DNA of 64,000 nucleotides from a virus: IMG/VR virus record IMGVR_UViG_3300034102_001514, positions 1 to 64,000 of that record; one strand, 5' to 3'. Shown piece by piece: positions 56,194 to 64,000 of this stretch (position 1 is its first letter; each line of letters starts with the position of its first letter). The notes under the pieces were generated by a model. It saw only the letters and a program-made list of their open reading frames with translations, ran no database searches and was not told where the DNA came from. The position numbers and the translations under genes were made by a program.

Positions 56194-56436
56194 TTATTTG
56201 CTTAAATAGTAATGATACATATGACGTAAGGTATGAGTATCATAAGAAGGTATAGGAGTACAAGAATCTAAATCTACCTCAATACCATTAGAATAACATA
56301 AACGAAACTTATGAGTATCAGTATCCTTATCATAGGATGTATGGTATATATGAGACCATAGGTCACCACTTTCCCATTTATAACTTCCGTGATAACACAT
56401 CTTTAGAAGAGCTGACAATTGTTCAAAGGTCATAAG
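56194..56436 (-). CDS. Hypothetical protein (start approximate, MTFEQL)
   Basis: C-terminal part of ORF 56194..56559. Confidence 0.45.
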   Translation of the reverse strand, partial: LMTFEQLSALLKMCYHGSYKWESGDLWSHIYHTSYDKDTDTHKFRLCYSNGIEVDLDSCTPIPSYDTHTLRHMYHYYLSK

Positions 56437-56632
56437 GTTCAATAGGTTCGTTAAGTTCAGCAATATAAACCACACATTGATATTTACCACCACGGAACTC
56501 TTCTTCCTTTTTAGCGATTTCTTGGGCGAGGTTAGAATCCGTAAACACCCCAACCACATAAGAGTGATTTTCTAATGAGGGTGTATCACGAACAACGCGA
56601 TAGGCTTGAACATAGTAGATGGGTTCATTCAT
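56423..56632 (-). CDS. Small hypothetical protein
   Basis: HSYVVGVF..EEEFRGGKY motif; promoter 56637-56668. Confidence 0.55.
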   Translation of the reverse strand: MNEPIYYVQAYRVVRDTPSLENHSYVVGVFTDSNLAQEIAKKEEEFRGGKYQCVVYIAELNEPIEPYDL

Positions 56633-56680
56633 AAGACAAATATACAAAATAAATGGGAGATGGCCAAATATGGGTTAATA

Positions 56681-56740
56681 AAATACGAGGGAAAATATGA
56701 GGGAATAAACAAGGGAAAATACAAGGGAATAAAAAAAGAG
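56681..56740. repeat. Degenerate 12-bp tandem repeat (AAATAC(G/A)AGGGA-like) x5
   Basis: aaatacgaggga aaatatgaggga ataaacaaggga aaatacaaggga ataaaaaaagag. Confidence 0.75.
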
Positions 56741-57140
56741 CCAGTTCCGTGTATACACGGGTTCAGAGGGGACTTTATTTCCCCAGCGAAAAAACCGGGC
56801 TCCGCATGAAAACCGACTACACGCCTTTCTAACTCATTGATATTCATACACTTACAAGCAATTGCCCCCCCCCTGCACGAGTATCTTTCATCGCCTTTGA
56901 TGGCTTACGGGCTTTGAGGGCTTATTTTATTTTACGCTCGCTCCAACTCTACCCATTCACCATATACCTTATAGTGTTGTTTTTGGAAGTATCGGATTTT
57001 ATTCAAAGCTTCCACCTGCTTCATTGGTGTTTCTGCATTCATTAACTTCTCCTTCCAATACCCAATCTTGGGGATATACCCATTGGAATACTTGACATTG
57101 TTCATATACTATGTAATTTAACTGATTTTATTTTAGTTTA

Positions 57141-57692
57141 TTATCCAACCATTTTTTGTAACACATCCCAAGCTTTAGCAGCTGCGGGCCTTGAACTTGC
57201 ATCGGTGTAATATTTAACCACTTCCGAGTACATACGTCCTTCGTTAAGTACCTCATTTAGAATAGCTTCCACAGTACCAAACCTTGGTCGGTTGTTAACG
57301 TGAACATATTTAACTCCAGCTTTTAATTCAAATCCGTTATCAGTCTGAGCGCCTGAGTCTTCGTAATCCTCATATATGTCGTACATTCCGTTGAACTTTC
57401 CGTACTCCCACATATTTGCGAAAGAAGAAATTTGTTTGAAATCAACCTCATTAACTTGTCCACCTAATTTAGTACAAACATACACATCCAAACTATTTCC
57501 ACCAGCGAAAGAGTTTGAAGAAACCTTCACCACATATTCAGGAAAGAACTTCTTCGCGAACTGGCGAACCAATGAACTCGCCTCAGCGTGAGACACATAA
57601 ATCAGTTGTTTACCACTCCAATTGCGGAGTGATTTAACAGGCAGTTCGTAGATTTCGTTTTGAAGTTTGATTTTGATTTTCTCGTTTTTCAT
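57141..57692 (-). CDS. LPD29-like domain protein (start revised to ATG 57692)
   Basis: VKVSSNSFAGGNSLDVY..GKFNGMYDIYE motif; boxed promoter at 57715-57769. Confidence 0.6.
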   Translation of the reverse strand: MKNEKIKIKLQNEIYELPVKSLRNWSGKQLIYVSHAEASSLVRQFAKKFFPEYVVKVSSNSFAGGNSLDVYVCTKLGGQVNEVDFKQISSFANMWEYGKFNGMYDIYEDYEDSGAQTDNGFELKAGVKYVHVNNRPRFGTVEAILNEVLNEGRMYSEVVKYYTDASSRPAAAKAWDVLQKMVG

Positions 57693-57959
57693 ATCTCTCT
57701 TATTGATTACATAGTAAAGATACGACAAATAATTAAGCTGCCAAACTTTTAATGTTAAGAAATTGTTAAATCTTTCATCAAACCCCCAAGCGTGTTTATT
57801 AAAATTGGCTATTTTCTTAATCAAACTTTATTTTTTTTATATATTAGCTCTCCCAACATACTAAAGATACAACATATCTGCAATATGGCCAAATCTCAAT
57901 GTTATTAAATTGTTAAGTTTTCAGCCATTAAAGCTCACCCATGATAGATAAAACCTATC

Positions 57960-58385
57960 GGTGAGTTAACATTTGTAAACAAAAAAGTTATCAACACGAA
58001 ATTGTTAATAACTTTCCCCACAAAAAATTTTGCAAATCGCAAAAAAAGACCCTTCTGGTGCTCTCCCTTTCTGGGTCATTCTCTCACCCACGGGTTATCC
58101 ACAAAAGTGTCTATTAAAATTGGATAAAAATTAAACCATTCGGATTCCTTCTAACTATTATACCATAAAGGGAGTAAAATCCCATTATTGGTAAAGAGTT
58201 TGTTAAAATGGTTCAACGAACCTCGTGTTTACCATTATCTACCACTATCTCCCACTTTTTCCCACTTTTGGAGGATTATAGAGGGCTTATATCTCTCCAA
58301 AACTGTATAAATTTGTGAGTTTTGGAGGATTATAAGTTTTTGGACTTATATTGACCCATTATTAGGTTGGGGACTTATGGGGCAT
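57960..58385. other. Non-coding region with DnaA-box-like motifs and short repeats; candidate origin
   Basis: TTATCCACA at 58095-58103; TTATCAACA at 57988; TGTTAATAA at 58003; TTTTGGAGGATTATA twice. Confidence 0.45.
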
Positions 58386-58410
58386 AAAAAAACCCCCATT
58401 GCTGGAGGCT
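58386..58410 (-). terminator. Intrinsic terminator
   Basis: Minus strand AGCCTCCA-GCAA-TGGGGGTT followed by T-run. Confidence 0.75.
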
Positions 58411-58442
58411 TGTAAAATTTCGTGATAACCCATCAAGGATTC

Positions 58443-58652
58443 TTAACAAATAGTCCTATCTATCCCATCAGAGTTCCAATCATAGTATTTTTGTTTCTTA
58501 TATCCCCTATCTAATATCTGAAGTAAAAAACCTTGTAAGGAATCCCATTCCCCATTGTTTATATCAGACCTTTTAATACTATGGGTTCTACCTACTGATT
58601 CTATTATCATATAATCATCCTTAAATTGTACTGAAATTATTTTATCGTTCAT
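58443..58652 (-). CDS. Hypothetical protein
   Basis: Co-oriented ORF ending before terminator. Confidence 0.55.
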   Translation of the reverse strand: MNDKIISVQFKDDYMIIESVGRTHSIKRSDINNGEWDSLQGFLLQILDRGYKKQKYYDWNSDGIDRTIC

Positions 58653-58836
58653 TTATCCCTTTATATTGTTTATAATATTCTTCAGTCATTAAGTGACCTC
58701 TTTTATCTGATACCGCGTTCTGAAATAATTCATAGCGTTCGACAATTAGATTGTCCTTTACTATCACCCAATTTCGTTCTTCGGTAATTGATTTTCTACC
58801 TAAAATTTCTCCAAGAGTCTTTTTCATATAATCCAA
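58642..58836 (-). CDS. Hypothetical protein
   Basis: Coupled ORF. Confidence 0.5.
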   Translation of the reverse strand: MDYMKKTLGEILGRKSITEERNWVIVKDNLIVERYELFQNAVSDKRGHLMTEEYYKQYKGINER

Positions 58837-59407
58837 ATGTTTCGTATTGTTTTTTGTTCCATACCCTATCCGCTAACTCTTGGGTATAAAGTGTAGAATA
58901 ATCTAAATCTTTGTATTCATCCAAATAATGAATTTTCCAATGTTCTACATCAATTTCTTTTAACTTTTGTTCCCAATCTTGGTTCATCCGCTGGTTAACA
59001 AACGGAATCTTTATTAAGTCCTCATACATATTCTCTGAACGTATCAAATGGGTTGGCTTTATTCCATAACGATTTAGTTGTCCAATTGTATCCCAAGTGT
59101 CATCCTCATCCAATCCTTGATTAAAGTATTCATTGTCCGACATCACCCAATCCTTAAAAGACATTCTTTGGGGTTCGTGTCGGACTCCTTCACCATCAAT
59201 CCAATGGGATATTCCGTGTCGGATTATCCACCAAGACACCGCTCTCCAATAAGGATTACGAATAGATACCCACAATTGGTCTTCATTATTCCATTCTAAA
59301 TTATGTGAGTGGTGTCCCTCAAATCCAATGGATTGTAAAAATCGGGTAACTACCCTGCTGCCCGTTCTCATGGGACCCCAATATCGGATTTTGTTTTCGT
59401 AAATCAC
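58796..59407 (-). CDS. Sulfotransferase family protein (Sulfotransfer_2-like)
   Basis: PMRTGSR 5'-PSB-like and IRNPYWRAVSW 3'-PB motifs; IRSENMYEDL. Confidence 0.7.
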   Translation of the reverse strand: MIYENKIRYWGPMRTGSRVVTRFLQSIGFEGHHSHNLEWNNEDQLWVSIRNPYWRAVSWWIIRHGISHWIDGEGVRHEPQRMSFKDWVMSDNEYFNQGLDEDDTWDTIGQLNRYGIKPTHLIRSENMYEDLIKIPFVNQRMNQDWEQKLKEIDVEHWKIHYLDEYKDLDYSTLYTQELADRVWNKKQYETFGLYEKDSWRNFR

Positions 59408-59708
59408 TTACACTTACATTTAGGATTTTTACCACATTTACACATTGGTGATGGGGTATCTTTCCATACGCCAATGAATAAAGTATAACATGACCATAAC
59501 AATATACTCACAATTAAAAATCCATCCACTATGTTAGACATCATTGTCTTTCCTTGCTACTATCACTAAAAGTCCCACTATGACTATTATCACAATAGGA
59601 ATTAAGATTATATTAATTTCCATACTACTTTTTCTCGGTTTTAATTAAATAAATTGCAATCACCAAAAGAATCCCACAAAATACTATCGTAATCATTGTC
59701 GTTCTCCA

Positions 59709-60023
59709 TTATCTCATAGATTCATTTGGTGACCACTTATCGTATTCACATTCAAATTTCTTGCTACAAGCATTAAGAGCATCGCCCTTGCTAATCTCAA
59801 AATGCTTAATAGAAGCATCGCCCTTGCTAATCTCAAAACCATTACGAGCATCGCCACGAAACATTTTGGAATTTATTCCAAAATTTTCTTTAAGACACAC
59901 GAAATCGGATTGGACTTCGTGGACAATCGTGGGGTTATTGTTTCTATTTGTTTTCATTTTGTTTATAAGAAACATATGGTCGCTCTTGGTGAGAAAACCA
60001 CCCATCCGCGTCTTCCAAGTCAT
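59709..60023 (-). CDS. Hypothetical protein with internal FEISKGDA repeats
   Basis: 25-bp repeat at 59778 and 59814, partial at 59847 (36/33-bp period). Confidence 0.4.
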   Translation of the reverse strand: MTWKTRMGGFLTKSDHMFLINKMKTNRNNNPTIVHEVQSDFVCLKENFGINSKMFRGDARNGFEISKGDASIKHFEISKGDALNACSKKFECEYDKWSPNESMR

Positions 60024-60092
60024 ACACGATTGGAACTGATTTTATATTGTTTTTTTTGTTTAATGTTCGTTTGAACATTCCATAGATGGGTT

Positions 60093-60503
60093 TCATTTTA
60101 CTCCTTGGGGCGATTTAAAAAATAGTTGGTAAGAATCTCTTGTAATATGTATTAAACTTTGTGATAATGGAGTGAATAAATAGTTTTTTATTTCTGAAAA
60201 TTTAATAAATTTTACTTCATCGTGTTCCATCAATTTTGCTTTACCACTTTCAAAGTCTACCACCCAACATTCCATATAGATACCATTCTTTTCTACGGGT
60301 CTGATTTTGTGTATAGGTTTGATTTGAATATCCAATTCTTCTTTGAATTCTCTAATCAATGCGGTATAATCTGATGTATCGGATGGGTCTATCTTACCTC
60401 CTGGTAATTCCCAATAACCACCAAAGTTTGGATTATCACTCTTTCTTTTTCCTATTAGAAATCTTTCTCCGTTTCGGAGTATTCCGCAGACCGCTTGAAC
60501 CAT
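60093..60503 (-). CDS. NUDIX hydrolase (MutT/NudG-like)
   Basis: WELPGGKID......ALIREFKEELDI. Confidence 0.9.
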   Translation of the reverse strand: MVQAVCGILRNGERFLIGKRKSDNPNFGGYWELPGGKIDPSDTSDYTALIREFKEELDIQIKPIHKIRPVEKNGIYMECWVVDFESGKAKLMEHDEVKFIKFSEIKNYLFTPLSQSLIHITRDSYQLFFKSPQGVK

Positions 60504-60654
60504 TATCTATTTGCTCTATACCAAGTTGTTCATAATCAATATTTGTTGTTTTTACTCTTTTGTGAGCGTTAATCACTATCCCTAACATACTCATCATAGA
60601 ATTGATATTTTTATTCCACATATAGGATACACCAATGGAATTTTTTAATATCAT
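60436..60654 (-). CDS. Hypothetical protein
   Basis: Coupled ORF. Confidence 0.45.
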   Translation of the reverse strand: MILKNSIGVSYMWNKNINSMMSMLGIVINAHKRVKTTNIDYEQLGIEQIDNGSSGLRNTPKRRKISNRKKKE

Positions 60655-61241
60655 CTACAATTGCATTTGTAATCGTTGTAAGTTTTCATACTTGGAGTTG
60701 TATTAGGGAAATAATAACACTCACGGGTGTTTCCGTATTTAATTTCTTTGTAGAATCCTTTTGGAATTGCAGCGCCGGCTGGAACTCTTGGTGGATTCTT
60801 ATCAAACTGAACACGAATAGTTACTTCCACAACATTGTGTTTATTGGCCAATTCTCGTTCTCTGGCTTCCAAGTGTTTCCAAACACCACGATTTAATGAT
60901 TGATGTTGAAGTGCGCAGTTCATATAAGTGAATGTTTCCAATAACATTTCACGAGTGCAATTAAAGTGGGCCGCGGGGGCCATATGACCTTTATCCCATT
61001 CATTTGCTTCGTAGTCTTTGTGGTCTGATGTTTTGATTCCAGTTTCTTTATAGAAATCCATTCCTGCTCTTGAAGCATTACCCGTTGGACAAGCCACACG
61101 ATATTGAATCCATCGTGGTTCTTCTAATACCTCTGAATATGCGATTTTAAAATAGGGAGTGGTCCACCACAAAGAATCTCGTAGTTGACCAAATGCGTTC
61201 AGCGATACAAACGCAAGTAAAAGAAATAGTGTTTTTTTCAT
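60651..61241 (-). CDS. Secreted DNA/RNA non-specific endonuclease (NucA/EndoG family)
   Basis: Signal peptide MKKTLFLLLAFVSLNAFG; DKGHMAP, NCALQ, LNRGVWKHLE; start revised to 61241. Confidence 0.85.
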   Translation of the reverse strand: MKKTLFLLLAFVSLNAFGQLRDSLWWTTPYFKIAYSEVLEEPRWIQYRVACPTGNASRAGMDFYKETGIKTSDHKDYEANEWDKGHMAPAAHFNCTREMLLETFTYMNCALQHQSLNRGVWKHLEARERELANKHNVVEVTIRVQFDKNPPRVPAGAAIPKGFYKEIKYGNTRECYYFPNTTPSMKTYNDYKCNCR

Positions 61242-61403
61242 AAATAAATAAAGTGTTAAAATGACCCGCCAAAAAATGTAATGTAAAGCCAAAATAAGGC
61301 AAATACGCTAATTAGGAATATTCCAAGTTTTTCTTTCATAATTAATGATATTGAATAAATTGAAAAAAAGCTTTTACAAGCTTGTTAAGAAATTGTTTCA
61401 TAA

Positions 61404-62438
61404 TTAATTTGATAAAGGTGCTTTAATTGTTGGGTGTGATTGATATCCGATTAATTCATAATCAAACTCACCATTTTGAATATTACAATTTGTTATTTCA
61501 AGTTTTGGTAATTTATACGGAGTTCGTGTAATGAGCTCTTTCGCTTGTTCAATATGATTTTTATACAGGTGGACATCACCCAAACTTCCAATCAAATAAT
61601 CTGGCATCATATTGACCTCCTTACCCAACATAATTAGTAATGTAGCATAAGAAGCAATATTGAATGGTAAACCTAAAAATGTATCTACTGACCTTTGATT
61701 CCACATTAGGGAAATTGCTCTTGTAGGAATATTAGCAGCATCTAAATCTTTTTTCATATAACCCTCCCAGCTTTGAACTGGTTGAGTCTTTGAAAGAATT
61801 TTCATTCGCTCTTCTCTACTCAACTTTCTTGTATAAACTTGAAATCCATAATGACATGGTGGTAAAGTCATTTTATCCAACTCCCCCACATTCCAAGCTG
61901 ATACCATTAACCTTCTACTATCAGGATTTGTTTTAAGTTCGTTGATTAGATTTTGGATTTGGTCTGTGTTAGAGTTTAATCCTTCCCAACTTCTCCATTG
62001 TGCACCATAGATTGGACCTAATTCTCCCCACTGTTTAGCAAACTCATCATCGGTTTTGATTCGTTCCGTGAATTCATCCATTGTCAAGTTTGATAACATA
62101 TGAAGCTGTTCAAGATAATTTTTACCACCACTTTCTCTGCTTTCAATCTCATATGTTTTCATGTAGTGCTTATAAGCGTCACCGGTCCATATATTGCAAC
62201 CATTCTGAACCAAATACTTGATATTGGTATCACCACGAAGAAACCACAACAATTCGGTTACGATTGTTTTGAATGGCATTTTCTTTGTGGTTAGTAAAGG
62301 AAACCCATCCTCCATTCGGTGTTTGATTTGTCTACCAAATACTGATAGAGTTCCGGTGCCGGTTCGGTCCGTTTTTTCTATACCATTATACAAGCAACTA
62401 CCAAGTAGTCCTTTATAATCTTCATCTAATTGATTCAT
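61404..62438 (-). CDS. thyA: Thymidylate synthase
   Basis: DRTGTGT, ELLWFLRG, LPPCH, QRSVDTFLGLPFN, DVHLY. Confidence 0.96.
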   Translation of the reverse strand: MNQLDEDYKGLLGSCLYNGIEKTDRTGTGTLSVFGRQIKHRMEDGFPLLTTKKMPFKTIVTELLWFLRGDTNIKYLVQNGCNIWTGDAYKHYMKTYEIESRESGGKNYLEQLHMLSNLTMDEFTERIKTDDEFAKQWGELGPIYGAQWRSWEGLNSNTDQIQNLINELKTNPDSRRLMVSAWNVGELDKMTLPPCHYGFQVYTRKLSREERMKILSKTQPVQSWEGYMKKDLDAANIPTRAISLMWNQRSVDTFLGLPFNIASYATLLIMLGKEVNMMPDYLIGSLGDVHLYKNHIEQAKELITRTPYKLPKLEITNCNIQNGEFDYELIGYQSHPTIKAPLSN

Positions 62439-62800
62439 TATTCAAATGTTTGAATTTTTGCGTCTACTTCTTTTAATTCTGACCAAGTTCCAAGATATGT
62501 GATTGCTCTAACCTTACGATTGTCAATCCACACATATTCTTGCCCATCCGTGATTCTGGGTTTATCCATCACCAATCCGTGATATTTAAATCCGTGATTT
62601 TTTAACCACCATTCAGTTACGGTTTTATCTTTGGATTCTCTCGCGGTAAAAAAGGTTATAATGTTTCCTTCATCATACCATTTGTTGATAATCCTCAAAG
62701 CGTCTGGATAAACTGCTGTGGTAGCAAACAAATGACTATCCTCGTTTTTGATGTCATCGCAGATGGTTCCATCAATATCAATTAAAAATACTTTACTCAT
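62438..62800 (-). CDS. HAD-superfamily phosphatase
   Basis: IDIDGT, FTAR, KP, WIDN motifs; start MSKVFL. Confidence 0.82.
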   Translation of the reverse strand: MSKVFLIDIDGTICDDIKNEDSHLFATTAVYPDALRIINKWYDEGNIITFFTARESKDKTVTEWWLKNHGFKYHGLVMDKPRITDGQEYVWIDNRKVRAITYLGTWSELKEVDAKIQTFE

Positions 62801-63471
62801 TGTTCTTCGTTCCAATCTTCATCATTCTCTAAACCATCCATCAAAGTTGTATCCCAATCACGAAGTGCATCAAGTTCATCTTCCGTGTAAATATCGGTTC
62901 CTTCATTATCAAAGTAGTCAGCTTCGTTGACTATCAATTTACATTGTTCCAATAGTTCATCTTTAATATCACCAATCTCTTCCCACATAGTTTCAAGAGC
63001 TTCAAGATATTCATCCTCGGTTTCAAAATCTTCTTCTTGTGGCCATTTATACGAACTTTCCTCAATATGAGAACCATCCTTTGAAATATACATAGCACCA
63101 ATTGGTTCAAGTGATTCATCTTCGTAAGTGATAGAAAAATCACACTCTTCATCCGTTTCACTACAAACTGAATACATTTTTTCAACAAGTGATTCTGGAA
63201 ATGACCATGCTGAAGTCATAGTGATTTGCATTTCAGTATCACTAACCACATCCCATTCGTTGATGTGACACCATTTTGCACCAACATTCTCTATCATCCA
63301 CTCGTAAGTGTTTTGATATTGATTTTCATAAAACAAACGTGCGGTTTGTTCAGTATTCATTTCTTCAGATGGATTGTCTTGTAAATCTACCGATGATAGT
63401 TTTTTATCCAATGAAGTAATTAAGTCAGAATTGCCTGAAATAAAGATAAGTGTAGTAACGTGGTTTGCCAT
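62797..63471 (-). CDS. DUF1281/YubB ferredoxin-like domain protein with acidic tail
   Basis: MANHV, W..ENVGAKW, TSAWSFP, ITYEDE. Confidence 0.7.
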   Translation of the reverse strand: MANHVTTLIFISGNSDLITSLDKKLSSVDLQDNPSEEMNTEQTARLFYENQYQNTYEWMIENVGAKWCHINEWDVVSDTEMQITMTSAWSFPESLVEKMYSVCSETDEECDFSITYEDESLEPIGAMYISKDGSHIEESSYKWPQEEDFETEDEYLEALETMWEEIGDIKDELLEQCKLIVNEADYFDNEGTDIYTEDELDALRDWDTTLMDGLENDEDWNEEQ

Positions 63472-63565
63472 TTTTAATCCTTGTTAATTGAACTTGTGGT
63501 TTCGGTGGGATACTCATCCCAATAAATGAAAATTTGGTCGTTAGTCATATTGTAAATATACGAAA

Positions 63566-63967
63566 TTAATTTGAATTATCAAAGTTTTTTCCGGGCTCGC
63601 CTATTAATTTTATTTCTTTTGGCGTTTCGGGTTTTAAATCATTTGGATAGTCATCAACTTTTACTTTTAAATTTGTTTGTTGTTCTACTATCTTAATAAT
63701 AGTTTTTTTTGTATTTAAATCACCAGAACCCCAACCCCAAGCCAAAGTGTTTTTCATTCTTTGTATTTCAGACTCAATATGTTCTATACTCTTGGTTATA
63801 AGTTGTATTTCATCTTCACCCATCTCAAATTCAACATTACACTCTTCTGCAATAGAAATCAAATCAGCAAATTCACCATTTTCAAAGTGAGATTTTACTT
63901 TTAAGAATATTTCATCATCACCCCCATTTACATCGGGATGTGTTATAGATGATAGTTTTTTATACAA
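63566..63967 (-). CDS. Hypothetical protein (probably 5'-truncated by window)
   Basis: Open frame near the window edge. Confidence 0.5.
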   Translation of the reverse strand: MYKKLSSITHPDVNGGDDEIFLKVKSHFENGEFADLISIAEECNVEFEMGEDEIQLITKSIEHIESEIQRMKNTLAWGWGSGDLNTKKTIIKIVEQQTNLKVKVDDYPNDLKPETPKEIKLIGEPGKNFDNSN

Positions 63968-64000
63968 AGATTTGAGGCGTTTAGACTTAACCTTTAAGTT

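Noticed and set aside
56606-56847. ORFs 56606..56809 (+) and 56629..56847 (-)
   Set aside because: Open frames are explained by the 12-bp tandem repeat, and they overlap a promoter.
59778-59856. 25-bp repeats as a mini CRISPR array
   Set aside because: Intervening sequences are only 8-11 bp, periods of 36/33 bp keep the reading frame (FEISKGDA peptide repeat), and no cas genes are in the window.
61404-62438. Intron or intein in thyA
   Set aside because: The reading frame is continuous; the short insertions lack splice or intein motifs.

Overview
A 64-kb slice of a large, AT-rich myovirus-type (T4-related/jumbo) phage genome. Essentially all real genes are on the minus strand, and the standard genetic code reads cleanly. 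The host is very likely Bacteroidota: many TTTG-N19/20-TAnnTTTG promoters and a DUF4494 gene are present. Left to right: terminase large subunit N-terminus; a possible spanin pair; putative protease-processed internal head proteins; a fused SbcD-SbcC nuclease, primase and T7-endo-I-like resolvase; a tail/baseplate block; a gp55-like late sigma factor; HD protein, ClpP, UvsE and DnaK; a MoxR AAA/vWA pair; a tRNA array (11 canonical tRNAs, 3 non-canonical tRNA-like RNAs, helix-closed spacer RNAs) and a lone tRNA-Lys; glycan-modifying enzymes (GT25, methyltransferases, sulfotransferase); a DUF2589 four-gene operon; a non-coding region with DnaA-box-like motifs; and nucleotide-metabolism genes. 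The most intriguing signals are (1) two covarying tRNA-Gly-like RNAs that keep GlyRS identity elements but lack ribosome-type features, (2) a pervasive [S/T]-x-S motif in tail proteins together with a collagen-galactosyltransferase-like GT25, suggesting virion glycosylation, (3) a late-promoter DUF2589 operon with a pore-former-like hairpin, and (4) a HIGH-nucleotidyltransferase/RNA-ligase-like fusion carrying head-protease-type cleavage motifs. All family calls come from motif recognition by eye; no searches were run.
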